NCBI GenBank assembly: GCA_050575255.1
Contig: JBNZDD010013730.1
Span: 6,044,543 to 6,108,542, forward strand
Reading direction: 5' to 3'
Source: Harriotta raleighana
Taxonomy: Eukaryota
DNA: 64,000 nt
The notes beneath the pieces are model-generated. The model saw only the letters and a program-made list of their open reading frames with translations, was not told where the DNA came from and did no database searches. Shown here piece by piece: positions 50,351 through 63,270 of this stretch. Position numbers and translations under genes: made by a program. Position 1 is the stretch's first letter, and every line of letters starts with the position of its first letter.

Positions 50351-52437
50351 TGAAAAAGCCCACTCTACAGGAAGAAATTGCATTGAGAACTTTCTCGAAA
50401 AGCATCTTCTTTTCCACTGCTATGTTAAATAGTTATTAATTTACAGCTATTCAGCACAGCATTAATACATAATGAAACCTGTTAAAGGTGTTAAATACAC
50501 ATCAATCTGCCATGGAATTGTGATAAATTGTGCCTTCAGCTCAGTAATGTGTTATACCACATTTAGATTGTACTGCTACTTCCGATGGCTATAAATTAAG
50601 TGGCGCCTTTGCCTCTGGAGGCAGTACGCACTGTGTCCTGAGGACAGGTCTTCATCACATTTCAGAGATAAGTAGTCCCTTTTGTTGCTTCTCATTGGTT
50701 GCCATGTTTTGCTAGTGACAGCTCCTCCAAGTTAGCAATGAAGCATTTGCATTGCTGGCCTACACAGAGATTGGGGAAGCTTTGTAGCCAGATAATTAAA
50801 AGACAAAACAAAGCCCCTAGCTATTTATTACCTTGGGAATAGTTCCTATTTTATTTACAGCTTAGATCACTCATGTCTTGTGTATACTGTGAAAAGTGGT
50901 TCACTCAGTCCCTTGAGGTCGGGTGAAAATCTGCATCAAAGATGACAATGTGGAAACAATTGTGATTTTTTTCTAGGACGTACCTTTTGGCTAAGGTTGG
51001 TCCTGGGTCAGCTAGAAGCTTTTTGTATTCTTCCACTCGGCATTTTGATCTTTGCACTTGCTTTCACAACGTCATCATCAACGTGAACTTCAAATTAATT
51101 GAGCTAAATTCATTTCAATCCAATTTTCTCCTTCCCCAAAGGGTTTGGCAGGTTTTTCCCTCGAGAGAATCAAAAGAGGAAGACTCTGAATTCACTTTCT
51201 CCCATTTGTTTTACTGAGTCGTGAAGGGTGATGAGATCCTGAAGCAGAAGGAGCTTCACTTTCTCTTACCTACCGGAAAGTGTTGACAGAATCTGGTCAC
51301 TGGTGGCAAAGATTTTGATTCTAGCCAATCAATCACAAACAAAAAAACGACAATATTGCACTGAGTCACAATTCGGAGGTTCACAAAAGAATAAAATAGC
51401 TGCAATCCCAGAGGTCAAGTCAGTGCAGTGAAATGGCAGATGACGGTTCCCTCAGTCACAGCAACGTAACTGAAACTGATGTCAACATTGGGGAAAGAGA
51501 ACACACTCTGTCTCAGGGGGTGCTATATATAGGGTGCAGGTGCAGAAAGGAGAACATCATGTGGTTCCTGTTGAAAAATCCTTAAGGCACAAGTCTCCCT
51601 GGTGGTTTCCAGCTCTACAGTGTGCTGACCTTACGCTTGGCAGGTGGAAGAAAATGAATGCATAATAATAAGAACATTTATTTTTATACGATCTTTAGAT
51701 GGCAGTGATTTTTTAAAAATGGTTACATTAGATTTGATCAAGTGAGCTTCATGCATTGCATACATAAGTGTGCCAACAATGCATTTTTAATGAGAATTGC
51801 CACTTTTTCTCAGCTTTCACATCACATAAATGTTTCAATGGAAACCATTTTAGACAGCTGATAGAATGACCATTTAAATAAGGCTGATAAAAATAGTTCA
51901 TGTTCATCAAATTGGCAGCGTTCATGGCCAAAACATTGTGATGTCAATAGGGCTTCAGGGAATTCGAGATTGTTACTTTCACCAACAGGTAATAATTTTT
52001 GGAACATTTCATACTTAATACACATATCATTTCATGGGATAAATTTACCTTCATTTTCAAAATTATTGCCATTAATCTCTGAGTCAATTTCCTTTAATAC
52101 TACTATTTTACAAAATGCCATAAAACACTTTCTTTTCAACATTAAAGAATATTTTATGGAAAATTTTATGGAGTGGAGTCTACTATATGTGCCATGAGTA
52201 AACAGTCAGATGATACATAAGCACAAACATAGGTGCAGAGAATTATACAGAATCATGGACTGTAATTGGCAACCAATCTATACCCATGACAGTCTCGAGC
52301 ATTTGTTTTTATATTTGGAAACAGTAAAAACAATGGAAAGTTGAAAAACTCAACAAGAGAGGAAAATCCATTATCTTAGCAAGACACTCTATTAATTTAA
52401 TTAATATTTATTTTATTTGCACAGGAATCTAGTAAGC

Positions 52438-52731
52438 ATTGTAGCTCAGTGGTTAGAGCACTCATCTTGCAAGCGAAAGGCCTGGGTTCGATTCCCAGCA
52501 GGGCGACGCCTTGGGCATGTTTCCTTACTCCACATGGCTCAACAAAAAAAAACAAAAAAATTCATCACTTCAATCCACAACTGGTTGTGGACGTTGCTGT
52601 GCACAATTGGTTGTCAAGTTTCGCCCACAAATATACAGTCAGTTCACTTTGCAGGATATTCTGTGAAGCACTTTGAAACGTCTAGAAGACATGTAAAGCG
52701 CCACATCAAATGCAAGGATTGTTATTATTAT
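52438..52731 (+). mobile_element. Young tRNA-derived SINE
   Basis: TAGCTCAGTGGTTAGAGC A box, perfect T arm CTGGG-TTCGATT-CCCAG, core, hairpin and (TTA)n tail. Confidence 0.92.
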
Positions 52732-55654
52732 TTGTTTGAGATTAAATTTGCTTTCCAGTAACCAATTGAGTTCAACAGCATAATAACCAAAAAACTTCCT
52801 TTAAAAAATGTGTACATCAAAGGGATATCACAAGAAAGATACCGCAATACCAAACATTTCACATACATTCGAATTCATATTCTCAAAGACATGGTTGATA
52901 ATAAGCATTTGGAAAGGAATTAGACTTCTTTTAAAGATCAGGGATTTAAAAAAATACATAAACCCTGAGTGTAAATAGTACATTGATTAACAGTAGCCAC
53001 CATGCCAGAATGCATAGTGCACAAAGGGTCAAAAGCTGATCTGATCAATTGAATAGCTTAACCAAACTTTTTTTTTGGAGTGGGTGGGGGGGCCTGTCTA
53101 ATTATCAGCATTACAGTACAATAAAAGTCCATATGCATTGCTAATTCAATGATTCCATCCAAATGCAGCTCAAATATATTATATAAAATGAACTTACTAT
53201 AGTTGTATTTTTGAAAGAATTTAACTGTATATCAAATGTTAATTCTGAATTGATTCCATTTAATGATGACAGAGGTTTAACTAAGCACTGGAAGAAAAGT
53301 GATGTATCAATTTGAAGGTTTACAGCATATCATCTACATTGTCTCTCGGTTTTATTATGAGTTTCTACATTTACCATGTGATTTTACATCATCTGATTAC
53401 AAGGAGAGGTTGGTGGTGCAAACAAAAATGATCCTATCATAAGAAGGGACAAAAGGGACAATTGTACTGAAAAATACAAGCCTATTTTCCTCCAACATTC
53501 ATCATGTTGGATATAAAATGTTTCCAATATACTGTATTGTATGGAAAAAAATCATAATATTTTCCACCACTGAAATATTACAACATTTTCATTGAACATA
53601 TTTTTATGTTACTTTCAGTCCCTAATGTTTGGCACAACCCAAAAAAAATGCATGTAATTAGCTCGCGGAGTTCCCACCAGGTGATCGCCTCATGCACTTT
53701 TCTATAATCTTTAAAGAGCTAATTTGCTTGAGCTCCAAAATATTTCAGTGCCTCCACTTACAGCCACACAAGAACAAAGGGAAAACAGTTGTAAAATAAT
53801 TCTACCATCGGAATCATCAATTATATTATTTTCAGAAAAATAAATGTTTTACTTTCTTTGAGACTTAAGGATATGGGGTGTTATGCAATAACAGAAACTT
53901 GATTAAATTAAATGGTTTTTTTTTACAGCTAACTAGTTAAGGTTAAACACATCAACTGTGACTTATTTGGAATTTGTGAAAACACTGAAAGGTTTCTAAC
54001 ATAAATTTCCAGTGGAATTTAAAGCTATTTAATAACTACTATATCCAGAAGAAGAAAATGACAAGGTATTACGTTCAAAGCCATTGCAAGGCTTCAATAT
54101 GGTACAGACAGATGGTCAGCACACAATAGGAAAACAATTTGAAACAGGAAAACATGCATACTGTAATTTCAGGCTTGGTTCAATTTAGCAATTTCAGGCA
54201 ACTTACCAAAATAAACATCTTCTATGTGTCCTGGTGTTTTGGCAGAAAAGTCAGTGATGAACTGCGATTTATCTATGAGCAAAACAAAAACAAAAATAAA
54301 CCTACGGCTGTTCCAATTGACCTTAAAATAACATACATTGTCTAATATTGCTAAAATGGGTTAAAATTCTTAATTCCTGCATATAGTTACATTAGATTTC
54401 TTAGTTTTGCAAGGATTTAATCCATCAGCAAATCTATTTTAACATAATTCCAAGATACTTATGACTTCAATTGCAAGATGACAATATACTATACTGTAAT
54501 TGTCATGCTCAAGAAACCGCACCATAATATCATCTATGCAACAAGAGCAGCTTCAAATACTTCGGTAAAATGAAAAGGTTCACATCTCTTCAAGCAGTAT
54601 TCTAGTCCTCAAAGAGTTAACTAAATTGTGCGTTTTTTTATATTGAAACGTAGTTTTGTGAAATTCTTGTGAGATTCATCACTATCATTGCAAGTTTGCC
54701 TTCTGGCCTCAGAACATGGATGTTTTTGTATTTACAGAGGTCATCTCAACCTCTACACTGCTCCGATACCTGCGTGACCACATTAATATACCATGATGGA
54801 ATCAGAGCACAGCCTCAGCACCTTTCTTTTGCTGTAATCTGGGCCAGCCTGTAAACTTCACTGTCTGTTCTTGCATTTGAGGTGTATTTGCTTAAAAGCT
54901 GAAAATAAAGAGTTCTGAATTTTTCAGCACAGTCAGGAGTTATCCAGATGCTAAGATTGGTATCTGAAATATGCTCAAAAGTTCAAGAACAAGGGTGGAA
55001 TTCCATCAGACAGGAAGCCTTGATATTTATCATAGTCAGTTCTACATGCACGCCTTATGTCGCACTCTACCATCAAGCTTCTTTGCCAGTGTTCCATTCA
55101 AATTAAAATAACAAGCGACTTTAAATACCCTTGAGTTAGATGAAGTGCTTAACTCCACAGGGAAGAATTGCAGCTGTAACTCTGTGACTTTCACTGGAGA
55201 TGGCAGGGAAAGGGACACAAATGTGCTGAGGAAGAGCAGTTTTTCACTTCTGAAATGGACCAGTTTTTAGCCATTTCTTTTGTAAATTGTTGAAGCAATA
55301 AATATGTTGGCGCACAATTTTCCACGGTCCCAGCATAACAAGGTGTGTTAACCCTCCTGTGAGTTTGATTTGGTGCTATGGAACAGCTAGAGATTGAGGT
55401 CATTCTGGACAGTATTTGATTTGCAGCATTCAAATCATTGATTTGTTGATGCAGTTGGGAGTCACATGGATCTAGAGAAGTGATGTCCAATGAAAAATCG
55501 CTGATGAGCCACAGTTGTGGTTACAGTGACACTATTTTAGCCGCACACACTGATTTTAGAAGAAAATGCCTTCTCACACAAAACAAGTAAATGTTCTTTA
55601 CATGTATGTTTGCATACATATTTACTTAACAAATATCTGTTGCCATTCAAAGTG

Positions 55655-55820
55655 GCATCCGACCCGCCTGTCCCCTACTCTCCATCAGAACGTGTTTGGA
55701 CGCTGCTTCCCCTATGACTGCCCCTGCCCCTGGCTCGGTCCTGGGATCCGCTATTGTGAAGCGCTCTGAGATGCCATCCGGCGTGGAGGGCGCTATATAA
55801 ATCGAAGTTGTTGTTGTTGT
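55655..55820 (+). mobile_element. 3' end of a second L2-type family
   Basis: C-rich UTR, hairpin AGCGCTCTGAGATGCCATCCGGCGTGGAGGGCGCT (55760-55794), TATAAATCGAAG and (TTG)n. Confidence 0.85.
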
Positions 55821-56681
55821 ATGTCATAACGTGCCCCATTGGAGCTGTTTGTTATTGGCCCGGATTGCTTTCTTCTCCTTTCTTCTGCTGGAGCGGGTAT
55901 TCCAATTGACCAAGCTGACCTTGTTTGACAGCTCTGTGCTCTATACAACATTGTTGTGTTTTCCATAATGCTGAATATCCATACATAACAATAGAGTTGA
56001 TGACTGCTTTTTATTTACCAGTCAAAAATGTAATGTGACCTTATCTAGATTCCTAAATGTGGCTCGTGGCTAAATTATTGGACAACTACAATCAGGAGGA
56101 TGTCAGGGACTAAGCTTATCTATAAAAAGGCACCAAACCATATCAGTTGTATAATTCACAAGTACCATCTTAGTTCTGCCTGTAGAGTGAAAGCATCGCC
56201 AGATCAGGCGACCTAACCTGTTCTTACAAGATTTTTCGAGCATCAGTTTCAGCCTGGAGCTCAGAGGATGAGTGTGACATTTTTACTGTCCAGCAGTTAT
56301 TTGACAGATTGGTTCAATTATTTATGTGAGAAAACATGGGTTCAGAGGGGCCCAAGAATATTTTTATTTGCTAGAATTATCTTGTGAACATCATAATACA
56401 GTATCTGACGTTCCTTTTCAATGCTGCTTTTGACGCATTTCATAAACACTTGACTGATCATGTGAGACTAATGTGGTAGAAAGAGTTTCTGGTGGTCGCT
56501 GATTATTTCTATAGGAAGAACAAACCATTGAATAAAATGGTAACGTAAGTGAAGCTTGCTTTGCAAGCCTCATGTTTAGAAATGGTCAATGTCAGTGGGC
56601 ATGTGTTTTTACTAGCTTGTCGGTTTCTTTAGGAAGGAATAAAGGGCCATAGGAAAAGGAACTAAAATGGGTGGAGGCTCA

Positions 56682-56835
56682 TGTGAATTGTACAACAATT
56701 AAGTGCTTTGAGACGTCGATAAGATGTGGAAAGTGCTATATAAATGTAAGGATTATTATAACAACAACAACAACAACAACTTCGATTAATATAGAATTTA
56801 TTTGGAGCCCTCCATGCCCTAAGAGCGCTTCAATT
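56682..56835. mobile_element. Tail-to-tail SINE 3' end (+) and second-family L2 3' end (-)
   Basis: AGTGCTTTGAGACGTCGATAAGATGTGGAAAGTGCTATATAAATGTAAGGATTATTAT is followed immediately by (AAC)n TTCGATT...GCCCTCCATGCC..AGAGCGCTTCA. Confidence 0.75.
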
Positions 56836-57765
56836 GTAAAGTATAGAAAAGACGCGTTGGACTCAACAGCCTGCGTCCACGCTGTAATGCTCTATGTAAT
56901 TCTAGATTATCAGAATGAAAGTTGAGCTGCCAAATAGAATTTCAAAACTGAACTCCCCACAAAAATCTTCTTTGGTGTTACTGACTGTCCAAGAACTTTT
57001 AAGAATTGATTTGGAAGCAAAGCTGGAATCAATTAGCACAAGCAATGTTTTTACTCAAATTGAGCAAAGTGAAGGGCTGAGAAAACTACCTCCTCCTTGA
57101 GGAATGTGAAGTCCCAGAAGTCACTTCTATACCACATGTATCAAAACATATTCATACTGAGTTTTTTTTCATTGTGCATCACATGGGAACAAAAAGTACA
57201 GTAGAGAAAATGCTCTTACTGTTCCTGCAATTCCCTGGAGTAACAGTGAAATCTTGTGCAAATATTTTCTATAATTCACAATAAAATTCATGTAAGGTGA
57301 GGTGCAGAAAACATTTCCTCCACAATGTGAGCATTCAAAGTTTTGAACTTGCTTATTTGGGTAATTCTGATGGACACTGTCAGGGTAAGGTCGACTTTCC
57401 AGTAAGCTGCAATACACCTCATGTCTCTCTTGCTGCAGTAGATCAAACTAAAACAAATAAAGCAATGCGAAGATAAGACCAAAATAGAATTCAAAAGAAT
57501 TGTACAGTTTTCTCTGTTATTGAGACAATAGAAAAATATATATATTTATTATTCATAAATAGCTTGTTAAAAGCAGTTTCTTTCCCTCACTATTTGTGTG
57601 ATAGAGGACTGTATCAGTGAATTACTCAGATTTGAACCTCCCACACCCCCACACCCATATCTCTATTACTGTACTTTTAAAATACTTAGCTCCATCAAAT
57701 ATGCCTCATTTAAAAAATCTAACAAAACAATTGCTGAGTTCCCAAAGCATGATATCTAATTTTAA

Positions 57766-57902
57766 CAATAAATAATCCTTGCATTTAATATAGCGCTTTT
57801 CACATTTTCTAGACGTCGCAAGATGCTTCACAAGAAAGTCTGCAAAGTGAATTGACTGCATATTTTTGGGCGAAACGAGGCAGCCAATTGTGCATAGCAG
57901 TG
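57766..57902 (-). mobile_element. SINE 3' half
   Basis: Reverse complement of tail, hairpin and GGGCGAAACGAGGCAGCCAATTGTGCATAGCAG core. Confidence 0.85.
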
Positions 57903-60900
57903 AATTTTAAAGTCACAATCCATATTATGCGAAATTCGGACATTGTTCTTTGTATCTGAGAAAAGGCCAAATGATGCATCAATTGAATTCTGTTGCACTA
58001 GTTAATAGTTATACATGTTTTAAAGAAAACCTAACACAATCAAAAGTCATATTTAATAAGCAACAACCAAGTGGGAAACAACAACAACCATTATGATTTA
58101 GAATCCCAGTACAGTATAACTTTCTCACACATTCCTCCAAGCATGTATACAAGATAGCAACTATCAAATCCTTCCAAAGAGCCATACTTCTGCATAAGAA
58201 GTTGAATCCATTTTCTATTCCTATCCAATTCATAATCCAATCCGGGCGACTGGTGTGATTTTGTATTCTGCAGACCTCACTCTCTTGTTCCTCTCTACCC
58301 AAACCTTCAAGTACAAATTCTCTCTGTGTGCTGTCATTTGTCATTGTGATTAAAAAGTCACAAGTGATGAAGAACAGAGCAATTGGTTCAGAATACAGCA
58401 CAACCAAGTACACACAAGAAAAATAGCTAAACTTTATCAACCACTCTTTTCAAAGAGACATCTACAAAGCCACCCTGGAATGCCTGAAGGCTTACATGTA
58501 AAGAAAATAATGCTGTGGCTAAGTACAAGCTGAGTGGGCATTTGATATGAGAAAAGGACTGTGTCTGCAATTGCACAGCACCAGTGGAGACTCATTTGGA
58601 GTAAAATGCCTTCAGGTCTGACAAGAGACAGTTTTGTGTGCCCTTTCAAATCACTGTTTGCCAAAGCAAGAGATTAATCTCACCCTACAGCTTTCAACAA
58701 TAAGCGCAAATGTGCCTGCAAATAGCAGCAGCAATTAGAGAAACCTTAACAGCCTCAATTTTTCTACACATTGGAGCAATATGAATTGAAAGACTAATGT
58801 GCTCTTTTGCCAATATGGATTAGCATTGTCTACACTGCAGAGACAAAAACTCAAGTCACAAACTGAATTTTGAAATCAAGTAATGAAAATGAGTCAACCA
58901 CAAACATTGGAATTGAGCTTCTGACTTCATCGCTGCAGAGTGCTGTAGCTCATTTATCTTTAATTAGGCTTAAGTAAATGAGGGAAAGCAGAGTGCAAGA
59001 TTTGCAACTAGAATGCTACTTTTTGGCTGCAATTTGTACGCTTGGATTTGTATTTCTATTTGCTGTAGTTCAGCTTCAGGGTTCTTTTGAAACATTTCAC
59101 ACATAAACAACACACGCATGACACACACACAGCAACTCAAATACTTGTACTTCACCAAGTCACACATTTTATCCCAAATCAGAGGAAATTCTAATGAGTT
59201 GAATTTAAAATATGTGTGACTGATAACGTTAATTTCCATACTTGATGCATTTGGTATTCATTATGTAACCATTACTTGAAGAGAGGGTTGTTTTGGTGTT
59301 GCTGAAGTTGGGGGGTGGGGGTTGAAACCTTACGCATTGCTCTCTATCCATCAATGAATTGTGATTCGTAACAGCAGTAAATAACTGTTGATGTTTAAAA
59401 AATCATTTTAATTAACAATAGCAATCTCTGTACTGTATTACCAAATACAGTCACTTGACTGTGAAGTGCTTTGAGGTGTCCTTCGGACATAAAAGTGTAA
59501 TGATTACTAACTGTTTGTAATGGGAAAGTTCCATATCAGAAAACTCTGCAACCCTGTTGGAAATTGTCACAATAGTTTCAGATGCATTTTCATGAGACAA
59601 TGTGGGAAAAGCTATCTATGTGGAAAGCTGTTATGGAACCATGTGTTAGCGAATGACAAATCATAAACAGCAAATGGTATAGTAACTAAAGTAAAAAAAA
59701 TGGAGTTGTTCTTTCCTCTTCACAAGCAATTTTTTAGAAAATTACCACGCATTTTTCATCTTTACTAAGATGCTTCAAGTTTAAACAGGACAAATTAAAT
59801 TGCAATATTTCTGTACCTTTTTCCTGGGCTTTTGGTGACATTGGTTTGAACTGTGGCACTGGGTTGAGGCATCAGAAAGGAGGTCCCATGGGTCGTTGTG
59901 ACATATTGATCCTCTGGTTAGCAGAAGGAGTTTCAAAGAGTCACAGGTTTGGTTTTGATGAAGAAGGCTCATGTGAATACCCTCCAGAACACCTACCCTC
60001 CCATCTTCCCATCATAGAATCAAGCCTTCCCATTTCTTATTAATGAACTTCATCACTTTAGATCCAGTGAGATCAAGCTGATGTGCATTTAACGTTGAAA
60101 CAAATAAAATTAGCATTAACATTACAATAAAACCAAATTCCGTCAGAATACTGTATATTGGAAATCCATTTGTTTCAGCATCACAGTGCATAACCTAAAA
60201 ATGAACAAAATAGCTATCTTAAGAAGTCTGAGTTTCCTTCAATCCCCATATCATCTAATGTGAAGCCAGTCATAACCCTTTCCTTCACATCAACCCACAA
60301 AAGATCCTCCCCTGAAAATTAAGTGCGCTGATAGCATTTATGCTGTTTGTTTTAAACCAAATGTATTCAGTTAGATCCATACCCTACAAAGTACAGGACA
60401 ATTGATAGGTAGGTATTCACGTATGTTTCAGTCATGAAATTTTCTGTCAATGTATAGAAGACTAAATTAAGCATGAAATTGGCATACTACTCACTTGCAA
60501 GTTAACAGCCGAATGCAGCTCCAGATTATCTTACAACTGACTTACACAGATCTTCCTCATGAATAAGATTCTTTTTCTGCACACTGAAATATGCTGTTTG
60601 ATAGGAGCTTAAATACTTTCTTTTAAATTCAATGAAATGGCTGCGGGCTTTAAAGAATCTTAGCAATGACATGTATCAGACCATAAAGGCAGACACACAT
60701 TGATACAATGAAAGCATTGACATTTCCCAGAACTTTAACTGTATACAAAGTACACCCCATGGCTACTGATATGGGATCATATTTGCAGCTCATGAAATCA
60801 ACCAGACATAACACACCTGTGACTTCATCACTCCCGCATCAAGCAGTTGACTCCATTTATTGTACACATAGGGTATCACAGGGGAAAGCATGGGGCATCT

Positions 60901-61650
60901 CCTAGTTTTATTAAAAGCAACTAATGTCAATGTTTTAAAGAGATTTCCCTGTCTTTCCAGCAACTTAATTCTCAACAGCAGTACTCAACATTGCAGTTGT
61001 AAGCTGCATTGAAATCACTCAAACAGAAAATGTTCCACATGGTTGAGTTTGATCCATTCGATTATATTCAAGTTAAAAAAAAACTAGATGCTGCATTGTT
61101 TTTTTTCACAATTTAGTGCCACAAATATTGTACTCGCCTATCTTAACATTGCATTTGCATAACTTATTGACTAAATAGTTGCTGTCGAGTTATCAAAAAA
61201 GGTGAAAGGGAGAAGCTAAATGCAGTTACATGTTTATAATTTTAATTCAGGAGGTGCTCTCCCCAAAGGACAGCTAGAATCTTGATCAAACTACAGGAGA
61301 TAGAATTTGAAGCCTTCGCTCCATTATCATTTTACTAAGATTTTTGTCTTTTACCTCCGGTCTTTACTGCGATTGTGAACTTAAGATTCAGTAAGAAGGA
61401 CTGGCCTAATGCTAAGTTTATTCGCGAGTATTAAATTCTACTGATATCTAACTTCCTATCAATAGTCTTACCAGATTAAACTGTTCTTCCTTACCACCCA
61501 GCTAAAAGCTAGCTACGTTTCTTACAAAATATGGGAGATAATTTGAAATACTTTGCTTCAGTAGAAATTTAGAATAACACGGAAAAGTGCAGGTCAAATT
61601 ACCTGCATTATTCTGCAAGACTATCTTCTAATATTTAAACACCAAATCAG

Positions 61651-61712
61651 CAACAACAACAACAACAACTTCAATTTATATAGCGCCCTCCACGCCGGAT
61701 GGAGTCTCAAAG
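61651..61712 (-). mobile_element. Second-family L2 hairpin-only insertion
   Basis: (CAA)n TTCAATTTATATAGCGCCCTCCACGCCGGATGGAGTCTCAAAG is the reverse complement of about 55763-55820. Confidence 0.85.
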
Positions 61713-62932
61713 GGGAAGATGTCATGCTGTTATTCTTCACTGTTATTCTTCATTTTTTCTAAATTAGACAGTCTAACAACCAATCAAATGGAGAGTTTAC
61801 CCTCAAACATTCTGTAGATAATGATCAAGTTCAACAATACATTTGAATTTAGTTGGGGATGGGGGAACTAAGAGAAATAATCCCATGTAATCTGACCCAG
61901 AAATCAGGCAACTTTGCCTCTTTCTAAGATTGTGTTATAAATTGACGTTGTTGTCAGGTGCTTTCAATTCGTATCATAGATAGCAATTTTCCTGATATGT
62001 ATTCTTAATAAAGAGATGTTGATTTCAGCAGCTAATTCTCATATATTCATAACTGGAAAGCCTTTCCTCCCTGCTCATTCATCAGCACTGTGAAGTGCCC
62101 TGAGCCATTTATCCAAGCTATTGTATTCAAAGCGTAGACTGTATACAACTGGTGTCTACACGACGCTATGCAAAAGTCTGTGTGGTTTGAGAAGAGGATG
62201 CAAATGTACAGAGTATATTTTTACATTAAGACAAATGGTTTAAAAGTGCTGGGAGTACAGCAAAGATCAATACATGTGTTCTGTACACTTTAAGCAAGCA
62301 GACAACCCAGTGTAAACAGGGATATGAGGGAATTGCCTGAACTCTACGGAATAGCTGGGACACGATTAAACTGTTGAAGGAAATGTCCATAAGTAACACT
62401 GAATGAATACGAAAGAGGGATCTGAGAATGTTACGAAAAATCAGCACAGAAGGAGGTCATTTAGTTCAGGTGGTGGGGCTGTGAAAAGAAAGGGCACTGG
62501 ACAGAGAGAGGGTTGCTGACGCTGACAGCGAGGAGAGTGCAATGGGGAAGCCTTGTGGTATTAATAGCCTGGTGATTGGCTGATTTCAACAACTGACAAG
62601 CACATGAAAGCATAAAGCTCAGGAGCAGACCAATTTAGCAAGCATCAACTTTAAGAACCATCACATTCATTAACTCCAGCAGATGTCTTGAAAGCAGCTC
62701 TTTCATTCATTCTGTCACATAGCTGCAATGCGCCTCTAATATGGCACAGTTTCATTGATCCAACTGCTTTGGAGTGTCGTGCTGGGAATTTTAATGAACA
62801 TTTTGCATAATGTGTTAATTCAGGTATCACAGACTGGTGATCACAATAGAGGCCATTTGTCGTGGAAGAAATGGCCTTGTGTGAAATGAACACACACTTA
62901 CGACCTATCACCAAATGGTCATTTTACATTTG

Positions 62933-63270
62933 ATAATAATAATAGTAATCCTTGTATTTGATATAACACCTTATTATGTCTTTGAAACGTCTGAAAGTAC
63001 TTCACAGAATGTACAGTACTGTAAAGCGAAAATCCATGCACAGGAATGTCCCACAGATACCCATGAGGCGGATGATTAATTTAATCAGAAGAATCATTAG
63101 CCAGGATAGCAGGAGGCACTCCCTTCCCTTTTTGAACAACGCCATTGGTTCTTTAATGTCTTCCCAAAGAGTGAGAGTTCATTGGTTTATTATCTCATCT
63201 GAAGAATGGCTCTTCGGACAATGCAAAACTTCCCTCGCACTGCATTGTGGTATCAGACTGGACTATAAGA
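62933..63270 (-). mobile_element. Deu-domain SINE with (TTA)n tail
   Basis: SINE-type tail and hairpin followed by CCATTGGTTCTTTAATGTC...GGTTTATTATCTCATCTGAAGAATGGC...CTCCCTCGCACTGCATTG (Deu core, reverse complement). Confidence 0.72.

Noticed and set aside
53674-53690. CTCF-like word CCACCAGGTGATCG (also CCAGTAGAGGGG near 63814)
   Set aside because: Both lack the conserved GGC of the core motif.
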